Shown one piece after another: positions 51,155 to 60,326 of a stretch of DNA of 64,000 bases. The notes below the pieces were generated by a model. That model was not told the origin of the DNA, ran no database searches, and was given only the letters and a program-made list of their open reading frames with translations. A program made the position numbers and the translations under genes. Source of the DNA: Gemmatimonadaceae bacterium (lineage in GTDB: Bacteria; Gemmatimonadota; Gemmatimonadetes; Gemmatimonadales; Gemmatimonadaceae); the NCBI GenBank assembly GCA_051859245.1, contig JBHYGA010000001.1, positions 960,001 to 1,024,000 of the forward strand, in the 5' to 3' direction. Every line of letters begins with the position of its first letter. The first letter of the stretch is position 1.

Positions 51155-51789
51155 ACGCGCACCGTCGAACGTGCGCTCAAGCGCTGCTGGATTTTGGCCA
51201 CGAGCATTTCAATCGCAATGGTGTTGCTGCCGCCGCGCGGAACGATCACGTCCGCGTAACGTTTGCTCGGTTCGACAAACTGCAGATGCATCGGCTGGAC
51301 CGTAGACAAGTATTGATCAAGGACCGAGTCCAGCGAGCGCCCGCGGCTGGCCATGTCACGCCGGATCCGCCGAATGAGGCGAATGTCCGGATCGGCATCC
51401 ACGAACACCTTCACATCGCAAATCGTCCGTAACCGTTCGTCGGCAAGCAAGAGGATGCCATCGATAACAATGACATCGGTCGGAATCACCCGCCGCACCT
51501 GGACGCTTCGCGAATGCGACGCGAACTCGTAGACCGGGGACTCCACCGGTTCGCCCCGCGCCAGCGCCTCCAGGTGCGAGGCCAGCAGCGGCATATCGAA
51601 CGCGTCGGGGTGATCCCAGTTCACGTGATGGTGCAACTCATGCCGCGACAAGTGCGAGAAATCCCGGTAGTACGAATCCATATCGATGAACGCCACCGAG
51701 GCCTCACCCAGCGCCTCGGCCACCTTGCGTGCAACGGTGGACTTCCCGGACCCCGTGCCGCCGGCGATCCCGATGATCAGCGGCTTCAC
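51151..51789 (-). CDS. udk: Uridine kinase
   Basis: IGIAGGTGSGKST, DSYY, NWDHPDAFD, RLIRRIRRD, FVEPSKRYAD. Confidence 0.93.
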   Translation of the reverse strand: MKPLIIGIAGGTGSGKSTVARKVAEALGEASVAFIDMDSYYRDFSHLSRHELHHHVNWDHPDAFDMPLLASHLEALARGEPVESPVYEFASHSRSVQVRRVIPTDVIVIDGILLLADERLRTICDVKVFVDADPDIRLIRRIRRDMASRGRSLDSVLDQYLSTVQPMHLQFVEPSKRYADVIVPRGGSNTIAIEMLVAKIQQRLSARSTVRV

Positions 51790-52042
51790 GATTGACAGTC
51801 CCGACTCAAACACGACACGATGTAAAGGTTGCGGGGATGGCGTTTCCGACCGGCGACGATTGGGTCACGGTTGCGTATCGACGCTCGTTCGGCATGGTCA
51901 TGGGCAGGCGCCAACCGATGCGGGCACCCGATCCGTTGAAAGCTCGTTACCGAAGGCAGCGGGGGCAACGGTCTACGCCGTTCCCGCACGACGCGCGAGG
52001 CGCTCCTCGGCGCGATACGCTTCGAGAGACTACCATTTCAGC

Positions 52043-55000
52043 ATGCGACTCTTCTCTGATTTTTCAGCCACGCGGCGCCTGGCCGGTGTGTCATGCGTTG
52101 CCGTTCTGGCGCTTTCCTGCGCCCCGGCCACCTCGGCGGAGCGAATCGCGCCCGCGCCCGTTGGTGCTGTCGCGGGAGACGGCGTCCGCACCGAGATTTT
52201 CATTGCCGCCACGACCGATGTGCACGGTCGCCTGCGCGGCTGGGATTACCAGACCGATCGCCCCGATTCGGCGCGCGGTCTGGCCCGGGCTGCGACGGTG
52301 GTGGACTCCCTCCGTCGTGAGCACCCGGATCGCGTGGTGCTGGTCGATGCCGGCGATCTGTTTCAGGGCAACCCGCTCACCTTTGTGGCATCGCGCGTGG
52401 ATCCGCAGCCGCAACACCCGGTGATCGCGGCCATGAATGTGCTGCGCTACGACGCCGCGGTGATCGGCAATCACGAGTTCAACTACGGTGTGAAGACCTG
52501 GGAAACGGCCATGCGTCAGGCGCGTTTTCCGTTTCTCGCGGGCAACGTGCGGTCACGCGATGGGAGTGCGCGATATCCGGGCGTGCACACTGTCGTGCGC
52601 AGCGGCGTTCGCATTGCAATTGTTGGTGCGACAACGCCCGGCAGCATGGTGTGGGACCGAGCGAATCTGGCGGCTGAGGGCATCACGATACGCGACATCG
52701 TGCCGTACGTGCGCGAGACCGTCGCATCGGTGCGCGCGACGCATGACATCGTGGTGGTGGTGATGCACAGCGGGCTCGGTGGTCCGTCGAGCTACGACGA
52801 AGCAACCACCGGCGTGGGACGCGAGAACGTGTCCGGTGTGGTGGCCGCCGAGGTGCCGGGCGTTGATCTCGTCGTGCTTGGTCACTCGCATCGTGAAGTG
52901 ATTGATTCACTCGTGGGCAGTACACTCATTGTGCAGCCGCGCAACTGGGCCGGCAGTGTTGCCATCGCCAACTTTGCGCTTACTCGCGAGAATGGTCGCT
53001 GGCGCGTTGATTCGCGGAAAGGCTCGTCAGTCCGATTGAACAACGTGCCCGAATCACAAGCGGTCATTGCAGCCACGCTCGGCGCGCATGAGCGGACGCT
53101 GGCGTGGGTCAAGGCGCCGCTCGGACAAACCACGGTTGCGTGGCGATCGGACAGCGCGCGTGTGCGTGATGTGCCGATTATTGATTTCATGCTAGAGGTC
53201 ATGCGGAGAACGGCGAACGCAGACATCGCCGCAACCGCCGCGTTTGCGCTGGACGCCGCGTTTGAGCCAGGCGCGATTACCATGGCGCAGCTCGCACGCT
53301 TGTATCCCTATGACAATACGTTGCGCGCCATTCGCATCAGTGGCGCGCAGTTGCGATCGTACCTTGAACATTCGGCGCGCTACTACCGCGCGCTCGGCGC
53401 CGACGGCCGCGTACCCGCAGGTGGTCTCATTGATCCGGACGTACCGGGTTACAATTTCGAGATTGTGTCTGGGGTGGAGTACACGCTCGATATCTCGCGT
53501 CCGATCGGGCAGCGTGTGACCGTGCTGCGTCGCAACGGTCGCGATGTCGCACCAAGTGACTCGTTTACAATGGCGCTCAACAACTATCGCGCCGAAGGCG
53601 GTGGCGGATTCAGCATGCTCGCCGGCGCGCGCACCGTGTACGATGAGGGGCGTGATATTCGAGAGTTGCTGGTGGAAGAAATCCGTCGTGTTGGTACGAT
53701 GAATCCCGCGCAGTATGCGCAGCAGAATTGGTCGTTGGTGGGCCTGCCAGCTGCGGCGAATGCCGCCACCGCTCGCGGAGTTGCGGCAGGCCGTGGTCTT
53801 GCGACAGCGGCACCGCGCGTGGCGCCCGGAACGAAGGTGCTGCGTGTGGTGTCCACGAATGACTTGCACGGCACGCATTCGCCGCGACCTGACGCGCAGG
53901 GCGTGCAGCGCGGTGGTGCGATTCCGTTGGCCGCGGCGATTGCCAAAGCGCGCCGAGAATGTGCGGTGAACTGCGAACTGTTGTTACTCGACGGCGGTGA
54001 CATGTTCACTGGAACGCCGGGCTCTGATTGGCAGTATGGTCGGCCAATGGTGGAATTCATGAACACGGTGGGATACACCGCTGCTGCGCTCGGCAATCAC
54101 GAGTTCGACTACGGTCGCGACACCATGTATTCGCGTTTCCGCGCCATGAAGTTTGCTGTGCTTGGCGCGAATGTTCGCGGGCGCGATGGACAGCGGCCGA
54201 GCTGGGTGCGCGCGGATACGATTGTTGAGCGTGCGGGCGTGAAGGTTGGCATTGTGGGCGCGGCCGGCACGCATACATCGGGCAGCACGAAAGCCATTCA
54301 TGTGAACGATCTCGCGTTTCTTGATCCGGCGCCGATTGTGAGCGAGCACGTGCGCTCGTTGCGTGCGCGCGGCGCGCAGGTGGTCGTGGCCGTTATCCAC
54401 GACGGTGGGCGATGTGAACGCAACGAGCCGGATAACTGCAACGGTGGCGTATTCGAGTTTGTGCAGGCGCTGACCGACAAGCCCGATCTGGTGGTTGCGG
54501 GACATTCACACACCATTTTTGACGCGCGTGTGAACGGCATTCCGGTCGTACAAGCGTCGTCGAGTGGACGCGCCATTTCGGTGACGGATCTGCCGCTTGA
54601 AGGCGCCGATCGTGTGCCGCGCACCGCAGTGCGCGATGTGTTCGGTGACTCGGTGTCGGGTGCAGATCCGGCCGTGGCGCGCGTGATCGAACGCTCGCTG
54701 GCAACGGTTGGCCCACGACTGCGCACGGTTGTCGCGACCAACGCCGTCGAACTGCGCCGCGAGGGGACGGAGTATGGACTTGGCAAGCTGATTGCCGATG
54801 CCACGCGTCTGGTGGGTCGTGGTGATGTGGGCATGTGGAACAACGGCGGTATTCGCGCGACACTTTCTGCCGGGCCCGTCACCATGGGTGCGCTGCACGA
54901 GGTCGTGCCGTTTGCCAACCAATTGGTGAGGGCGCGCGTACGGGGACGGGATCTGGTCACGCTGCTCAACAACTCCACGTACAAGCGCGGTCCCGATCTG

Positions 55001-55288
55001 CATCTCAGCGGCATCGTGCTCACCTGGAACGCTGAACGGAACGACGGTGACCTTGTGGAGAAGGTCACGCTCCCGGATGGACGTGCAATCGACCCGAATG
55101 CGATCTATACTGTGGTGATGAATGACTACCAGTTTGGCGACCCCGCTTCGATCAAGGGTGTGCCGTTTATTTCAGGCGAAGTGCTGACGGTGCGTGATAT
55201 CGACGCGCTGGCGCAGCATTTGCGCTCGCTTCCGCAGCCGGTGCGCGCTCCGTCTGACGCGCGGACGGTCAAGGCGGGTGCGCCGTGA
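52043..55288 (+). CDS. Tandem 2',3'-cyclic phosphodiesterase / 5'-nucleotidase lipoprotein
   Basis: Lipobox ALSC; two modules each with D.HG, D.GD, GNHEF and GHSH plus a 5'-nucleotidase C-domain. Confidence 0.9.
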   Translation: MRLFSDFSATRRLAGVSCVAVLALSCAPATSAERIAPAPVGAVAGDGVRTEIFIAATTDVHGRLRGWDYQTDRPDSARGLARAATVVDSLRREHPDRVVLVDAGDLFQGNPLTFVASRVDPQPQHPVIAAMNVLRYDAAVIGNHEFNYGVKTWETAMRQARFPFLAGNVRSRDGSARYPGVHTVVRSGVRIAIVGATTPGSMVWDRANLAAEGITIRDIVPYVRETVASVRATHDIVVVVMHSGLGGPSSYDEATTGVGRENVSGVVAAEVPGVDLVVLGHSHREVIDSLVGSTLIVQPRNWAGSVAIANFALTRENGRWRVDSRKGSSVRLNNVPESQAVIAATLGAHERTLAWVKAPLGQTTVAWRSDSARVRDVPIIDFMLEVMRRTANADIAATAAFALDAAFEPGAITMAQLARLYPYDNTLRAIRISGAQLRSYLEHSARYYRALGADGRVPAGGLIDPDVPGYNFEIVSGVEYTLDISRPIGQRVTVLRRNGRDVAPSDSFTMALNNYRAEGGGGFSMLAGARTVYDEGRDIRELLVEEIRRVGTMNPAQYAQQNWSLVGLPAAANAATARGVAAGRGLATAAPRVAPGTKVLRVVSTNDLHGTHSPRPDAQGVQRGGAIPLAAAIAKARRECAVNCELLLLDGGDMFTGTPGSDWQYGRPMVEFMNTVGYTAAALGNHEFDYGRDTMYSRFRAMKFAVLGANVRGRDGQRPSWVRADTIVERAGVKVGIVGAAGTHTSGSTKAIHVNDLAFLDPAPIVSEHVRSLRARGAQVVVAVIHDGGRCERNEPDNCNGGVFEFVQALTDKPDLVVAGHSHTIFDARVNGIPVVQASSSGRAISVTDLPLEGADRVPRTAVRDVFGDSVSGADPAVARVIERSLATVGPRLRTVVATNAVELRREGTEYGLGKLIADATRLVGRGDVGMWNNGGIRATLSAGPVTMGALHEVVPFANQLVRARVRGRDLVTLLNNSTYKRGPDLHLSGIVLTWNAERNDGDLVEKVTLPDGRAIDPNAIYTVVMNDYQFGDPASIKGVPFISGEVLTVRDIDALAQHLRSLPQPVRAPSDARTVKAGAP

Positions 55289-55614
55289 ACGAGACGAATA
55301 CGGCAGAGCCCGCTACCTTTCGCGTGTATGTGAATGAACGCGGCGTGTCAGTGCCGCATGGCGCCACGGCGCTCGATGCGGTTCGCGCGTTTGATTCGAC
55401 GTTCGACCGCAACGAGTCGGAGTTGATCGTGGCGGGCACGCGGCGACTGACGGACAGTCGCGGATTACCCGTCGGCAGCGAAACCGCCGTGCACGGCGGA
55501 GCGATCTACCGCATCGTGGCCGTGCGAGAATCACTAGCTGACAGTGAAGGTCCCACCACCTCTCCTGCGACGACGACTTCGTCGCCACCAATACCCGCCT
55601 CGGAGCTTCCGTGA
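55285..55614 (+). CDS. Small hypothetical protein, possibly beta-grasp fold
   Basis: Overlaps both neighbours by 4 nt; RVYVNERGVSVPHGATALDAV. Confidence 0.6.
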   Translation: MNETNTAEPATFRVYVNERGVSVPHGATALDAVRAFDSTFDRNESELIVAGTRRLTDSRGLPVGSETAVHGGAIYRIVAVRESLADSEGPTTSPATTTSSPPIPASELP

Positions 55615-56696
55615 GTCTTTCTGCATCGGCGTACGCGTTGTTACAGCGCCTTCCGAAAGCGGAGTTGCACGTACATCTCGATGGATCCTTGCGCCCATCA
55701 ACACTGCTCGACCTTGCCGCAACACGAGGGGTGGCGCTGCCGGTGCAGGACGTGGAATCGCTCGCGAGTTACATGCTGGTAGACGACGCGCGCAATCTCG
55801 AAGACTACCTGGCCCGATTTGAAATCACGCTGTCAGTCATGCAAGACGCGGAGTCGCTGGAGCGCATCGCGCACGAGTTGGTGATTGATGCAGCGGAGGA
55901 CGGTGTGCGCTACATCGAAGTGCGCTACTGCCCGTGGCTCAATACGCGCGCCGGTCTGGCACTTGAAGACGTGGTGCGCAGCGTGCACCGTGGCCTGGCG
56001 CGCGGTGAAAAGGAAACGGGTACGATTGCGCGCACGATTATCTGCGCCCTGCGAAATCTTGGTCCGTCGCACGCGCTGGACATGGCGCAGTTGGCCGTTT
56101 CACACCGTGCGCACGGCGTGGTTGCGTATGACCTGGCGGGTGCCGAAGCTGGCCATCCGGCCCGCGATTTCGCGGACGCGTTCGCGTTCGCTCGCTCGCA
56201 CGATCTGGCCGTCACTGTGCACGCCGGTGAAGGCGACGGCGCCAGTTCCATTCGTGACGCCGTGCATCTTTGCGGCGCGCATCGCATTGGTCACGGTACG
56301 AGACTCGGCGAAGATGCGTCGCTGCTCGCATACGTTCGTGATCGTCGAATCGCGCTGGAGGTGTGTCCCACGAGCAACGTGCAAACGCGTGTGTCGGAGT
56401 CATTCGCGCAGCATCAGCTCAAGGCGCTGCGGGCGGCTGGTGTTGTGGTCACGATCAATACCGACAACCGGCTCATGAGCGGCGTCACGCTCACCGAAGA
56501 ATACGCGCGCTGCGCGGAGCATCTTGGCTTCAGCATGATGGAGCTTGCTGATCTGTCGCTGGCGGCGTTCGAGGCCAGTTTTCTGCCGTGGCCGGAGCGC
56601 GTGAAGTTGCGTGCGCGCGCTGCGTACGACATTGGCCTGTGGCTGGACGATGTGCACGGAGTGGTCGAGCCGCAAACAGCGGAGGCGATGGTATGA
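55611..56696 (+). CDS. add: Adenosine deaminase
   Basis: LPKAELHVHLDGS, HAGE, RIGHG, EVCPTSN, INTDN. Confidence 0.93.
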   Translation: MSLSASAYALLQRLPKAELHVHLDGSLRPSTLLDLAATRGVALPVQDVESLASYMLVDDARNLEDYLARFEITLSVMQDAESLERIAHELVIDAAEDGVRYIEVRYCPWLNTRAGLALEDVVRSVHRGLARGEKETGTIARTIICALRNLGPSHALDMAQLAVSHRAHGVVAYDLAGAEAGHPARDFADAFAFARSHDLAVTVHAGEGDGASSIRDAVHLCGAHRIGHGTRLGEDASLLAYVRDRRIALEVCPTSNVQTRVSESFAQHQLKALRAAGVVVTINTDNRLMSGVTLTEEYARCAEHLGFSMMELADLSLAAFEASFLPWPERVKLRARAAYDIGLWLDDVHGVVEPQTAEAMV

Positions 56697-57565
56697 CGAT
56701 GCCGTTTCGCACGGCCACCATGCCGGTGCCGAACGAAGGACCGGGTGCATTCGAAGCGATGCGCGCCGCGGAATCCATTCGCCATCGCCTGGGGAGCGCG
56801 TTTCACACGCCGGCGTGTGGCATTGTGCTCGGTTCGGGGCTGGGCGGGCTTGCAGCACAGGTACAGAATGCCACGTTCATTCCGTTCGCAGATATTCCGG
56901 GCTTTCCGAGTGCAACGGTGGCGGGCCACGCGGGGCAGCTGGTTCTGGGAACACTCGAGAATGTGCCCGTAGCCATGTTTGCGGGTCGACTGCACATGTA
57001 CGAAGGACACGCACCGGCTACGGCCGGATTTCCGGTGCGTGTCCTGCACGCGCTGGGTGCGCGTGTGTACATCGCGTCAAATGCTGCGGGTGGCGTGAAC
57101 CGCACGTACGAGCCTGGTGATCTCATGCTGATTGCGGATCACATCAACATGATGTTCAAGAATCCGCTCCACGGACCGTTGCAAAAGGGCGACGAACGGT
57201 TCCCGGATATGGCCGATCCGTACGCCAGGTCATTGCGAGCGATCATGCATAAAGTGGCGCATGATCGTGGCATTGATTTGAAGGAAGGCGTGTACATGGG
57301 GCTCGTTGGGCCCACCTACGAAACGCCGGCCGAAGTCCGAATGATTGAAAAGTTTGGCGCTGATGCCGTGGGCATGAGCACGGTGCCCGAGGTGATTGTG
57401 GCCACGGCGCTGGGCATGCAGTGCGTGGCGGTCTCGCTGATCACCAACAAGGCGGCCGGCATCAGTCTCGTGCCGCTGGCGCACGATGAGGTGCTGCAGG
57501 TAGGCCGTGAAGCGGCGGTGAAGTTCGAGCAGCTCATCCGCGGGTTTGTGGCGACGCTGGGCTAA
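56693..57565 (+). CDS. punA: Purine nucleoside phosphorylase (trimeric type)
   Basis: VLGSGLG, GHAG, GRLHMYEG, NAAGG, GPTYETPAE, VGMSTVPE. Confidence 0.92.
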   Translation: MTMPFRTATMPVPNEGPGAFEAMRAAESIRHRLGSAFHTPACGIVLGSGLGGLAAQVQNATFIPFADIPGFPSATVAGHAGQLVLGTLENVPVAMFAGRLHMYEGHAPATAGFPVRVLHALGARVYIASNAAGGVNRTYEPGDLMLIADHINMMFKNPLHGPLQKGDERFPDMADPYARSLRAIMHKVAHDRGIDLKEGVYMGLVGPTYETPAEVRMIEKFGADAVGMSTVPEVIVATALGMQCVAVSLITNKAAGISLVPLAHDEVLQVGREAAVKFEQLIRGFVATLG

Positions 57566-57576
57566 GGTTCCTGGCC

Positions 57577-57606
57577 TTGACAGATCAACGAAAGTTGATG
57601 TATGCT
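57577..57606 (+). promoter_or_regulatory. Sigma70 promoter with an embedded ArsR operator palindrome
   Basis: TTGACA-18 nt-TATGCT; ATCAAC-GAAA-GTTGAT at 57584-57599 lies in the spacer. Confidence 0.75.
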
Positions 57607-57611
57607 TCCAT

Positions 57612-57986
57612 ATGCACACCGCCGCCACCAAGATTGACCCGGCAACATTGGTTCGTCAGTTCCACGCGCTCTCGGATCCAACGCGACTGGCCATCATGGG
57701 CTCGCTTCGGAGCGGGGAGTGCTGCGTGTGCGACCTGCAAAGCTCGCTAGGCGCCGCTCAGTCCCGGCTGTCGTTTCACCTGCGGGTGCTGAAAGACGCG
57801 GGACTGATCGTTGACCGAAAAGACGGACGCTGGAGCTACTACCAGCTGGTGCCTGGCGCGGTGGAGTCGCTGAGCGACGGGCTGCTTCTGCTGGGGAGTC
57901 CGCGGGCTTCGTCGGGGCGCGAGCTGCCGCAGTTGACGGTGATCGGCGAAGGCGCGGAGGCTGATGCCTCAGGGTGCTGCGGCTGA
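57612..57986 (+). CDS. arsR: ArsR/SmtB repressor (cassette 2)
   Basis: ALSDPTRL, ECCVCDL, QSRLSFHLRVL, C-terminal GCCG. Confidence 0.9.
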   Translation: MHTAATKIDPATLVRQFHALSDPTRLAIMGSLRSGECCVCDLQSSLGAAQSRLSFHLRVLKDAGLIVDRKDGRWSYYQLVPGAVESLSDGLLLLGSPRASSGRELPQLTVIGEGAEADASGCCG

Positions 57987-58079
57987 GCGGGCTTCAGACC
58001 AGCCAGCGCCTCTTTTTCATCTTCACCCTCCACACATTCGGATACGTGTTCTGAAGTTCGCTTTCTTGTGGTCCAACGC

Positions 58080-58095
58080 ATCAACAAATTTTGAT
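58080..58095. promoter_or_regulatory. Second ArsR operator upstream of arsM
   Basis: ATCAAC-AAAT-TTTGAT, a near copy of the palindrome at 57584. Confidence 0.65.
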
Positions 58096-58105
58096 CGGAG
58101 AGATT

Positions 58106-59008
58106 ATGACCATCCAGAAGACACTCCCCCTCGCTGACGCCGGCACGATCACCGAAACCGTTCGGCAGCGTTATAGCGCCGCGGCGAGCCAAGCGGCCGC
58201 CGGTCAGCGTGCGTCCTGTTGCAGTCCAGTAGACCTCACGCTGCCGGTTGCTGTCGCCGAACGCGCGTCATGCTGTGGTTCGAACGAGTCAGCGGCATCC
58301 GGTTGCGGCGACCCGATTACGGACAACCTGTACGACGGTGCAGAAACAGCGGGTGTGCCTGCCGGCGCCGTGCTCGCATCGCTCGGCTGCGGCAATCCCA
58401 CGGCACTGGCCGAGCTCAAGGCGGGTGAGGTTGTGCTCGATCTAGGCTCGGGCGGTGGTATTGATGTGCTGCTCTCCGCCCGGCGCGTTGGCCCCACGGG
58501 CAAAGCCTATGGCCTCGATATGACCGACGAGATGCTCGCGCTTGCACGAAAGAATCAGGCGGAGTCAGGGCTTACGAACGTGGAGTTCCTGAAAGGACAC
58601 ATCGAATCAGTCCCACTTCCGGATGCGTCGGTCGACGTGATTATTTCGAACTGCGTGATCAATCTGTCGTCCGACAAACGCACGGTACTGACAGAAGCAT
58701 TCCGTGTGCTGAAGCCCGGCGGCCGGTTGGCAATCAGTGATGTGCTGTCGCGTGGCGAAATCCCCGACGAGATTCGCAGCAGCATGGAAGCCTGGGTTGG
58801 CTGCATTGCCGGTGCGATGGACGAATGCGAGTTTCTTGATCTGGTGCGCGAAGTTGGATTTGTGGATGCGAGCGTTGAACCCACGCGCGAGTATGCACCA
58901 AATGACGCCAAGATGTTTCTCGAGATGGCCGGTGTGAATACCGACGATCTGTTGACTTGTGTCGAAGGCCGTTTCATTTCCGGTTTTGTACGCGCAATCA
59001 AGCCATGA
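58106..59008 (+). CDS. arsM: Arsenite S-adenosylmethionine methyltransferase
   Basis: SLGCGNP, VLDLGSGGG, ISNCVINL, WVGCIAGA. Confidence 0.93.
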   Translation: MTIQKTLPLADAGTITETVRQRYSAAASQAAAGQRASCCSPVDLTLPVAVAERASCCGSNESAASGCGDPITDNLYDGAETAGVPAGAVLASLGCGNPTALAELKAGEVVLDLGSGGGIDVLLSARRVGPTGKAYGLDMTDEMLALARKNQAESGLTNVEFLKGHIESVPLPDASVDVIISNCVINLSSDKRTVLTEAFRVLKPGGRLAISDVLSRGEIPDEIRSSMEAWVGCIAGAMDECEFLDLVREVGFVDASVEPTREYAPNDAKMFLEMAGVNTDDLLTCVEGRFISGFVRAIKP

Positions 59009-59499
59009 GTGCACACGTTCGCGCAGCGACACCAGATGATCTCCAAGGCATTTGCGCGTTGTTAATCAGCGCGCAGTTGCCCACAGCTGGTGTGGCCGAA
59101 CATCTCGAGTCGTTTCTGGTGGCGGAGCAGGGTGATGCGGCGAGTCGCGATGCTGCGAATCACGATGCTGCGAGTGCCGATGCTGCGAGTCGCGATGTCC
59201 TGCTAGCTACGATCGGCATGGAACGCTACGGTGACGCGGCGCTGCTGCGGTCCATGGCGGTGGCGGAATCAGCGCGCGGCAGTGGCCTTGGTACCCAGCT
59301 CGTGCACGCGCTCGAAGCGAAGGCTGTACATCATGACGTGCGAACGCTGGTGTTGCTGACCACCACGGCCGAGCGCTGGTTCGCAGCACTCGGTTACGAG
59401 TACATCACCCGAGAGGATGTGCCGGACGCGTTGTTGGACTCCGCAGAGTTTCGTGGTGCGCGTCCAGCGAGTGCGATCGTGATGAGGAAGCGGATGTAG
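59005..59499 (+). CDS. arsN2: ArsN2-like GNAT acetyltransferase
   Basis: E.YGDAALLRSMAV...RGSGLG, LLTTTAE..F, VP....SAEF; coupled to arsM. Confidence 0.8.
   Translation: MSAHVRAATPDDLQGICALLISAQLPTAGVAEHLESFLVAEQGDAASRDAANHDAASADAASRDVLLATIGMERYGDAALLRSMAVAESARGSGLGTQLVHALEAKAVHHDVRTLVLLTTTAERWFAALGYEYITREDVPDALLDSAEFRGARPASAIVMRKRM
59134..59197 (+). repeat. In-frame tandem repeat, 4 x 15 bp (GATGC[GT]GCGA[GA]TNNC)
   Basis: Units start at 59134, 59149, 59164 and 59179, encoding DAASR DAANH DAASA DAASR. Confidence 0.9.
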
Positions 59500-59519
59500 A
59501 AGCGAGTACGGCGTGTTAA

Positions 59520-60326
59520 CTATGCCCAGTGATTCAACGGGCCGTGCCCACTGCCGAGTTTGGGCGCGGTCAGGATTGCGCGGTGCACATAATCGAGTGA
59601 ATTCCGCACCGAGTCGCGCAGCGAATTGCCGCGCGCCAAATGCGCGGCGATCGCGGCGCTCAGCGTGCAGCCCGTGCCGTGCAAGCTGGTGGTCTCAATA
59701 CGCGGATGATGGAAATGCTCGAACGTGCCGTCGGCGTAGAGCACATCCACCATTTCCAGCCCCGGTAAATGTCCACCCTTCACGAGCGCCGCTTTTGCGC
59801 CGTGATCCTCCACCAGCATGCGGGCGGCATGCTCCATCGTTTGCACATCACTCACCGGCTGATCGAGCAGCACTTGTGCTTCGTCGATATTGGGTGTGAC
59901 GAGTGTTGCCAATGGTACGAGTCGTTCGCGAATGCTCGCGACCGTCCCCGCATTCACCAACAAGTCACCAGACGTAGCGACCATGACCGGATCGAGCACG
60001 TACGGTGTGAGTTTGTGCTCGCTCAAAGCCTCCGCTACTGCCCGTACAATCTCACGGTTGGCGAGCATGCCGCTCTTCACCGCATTCGGCCGCAGGTCGG
60101 CGGCCACACATTCAATCTGCTGACGGACCAGTTTCGACGTCACGGCATCCCAGCTGCTCACGCCGAGTGTATTCTGCGCGGTGATCGCGGTGATCACCGA
60201 CGCGCCGTACACCTGGTAACGATGGAACACCTTCAGGTCGGCCTGTATGCCTGCGCCACCACCTGAATCAGACCCTGCAATTGTCAGCGCGATTGGAGTG
60301 CCGTTGGTATTGGCAGGCGCGGTCAC
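59520..60326 (-). CDS. thiD: Hydroxymethylpyrimidine / phosphomethylpyrimidine kinase
   Basis: TIAGSDSGGGAGIQADLK, TAQNT, DPVM, KGGH, HGTGCTLSAA. Confidence 0.95.
   Translation of the reverse strand: MTAPANTNGTPIALTIAGSDSGGGAGIQADLKVFHRYQVYGASVITAITAQNTLGVSSWDAVTSKLVRQQIECVAADLRPNAVKSGMLANREIVRAVAEALSEHKLTPYVLDPVMVATSGDLLVNAGTVASIRERLVPLATLVTPNIDEAQVLLDQPVSDVQTMEHAARMLVEDHGAKAALVKGGHLPGLEMVDVLYADGTFEHFHHPRIETTSLHGTGCTLSAAIAAHLARGNSLRDSVRNSLDYVHRAILTAPKLGSGHGPLNHWA

Noticed and set aside
51686..52042. N-terminal extensions in the ORF track (nucleotidase, E1, TonB receptor, pstS2, sbtA)
   Set aside because: They overlap neighbouring genes or regulatory DNA; downstream starts give proper signal peptides or family N-termini
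59134..59197. Short repeats as a CRISPR array
   Set aside because: 15 bp in-frame tandem units with no spacers and no cas genes
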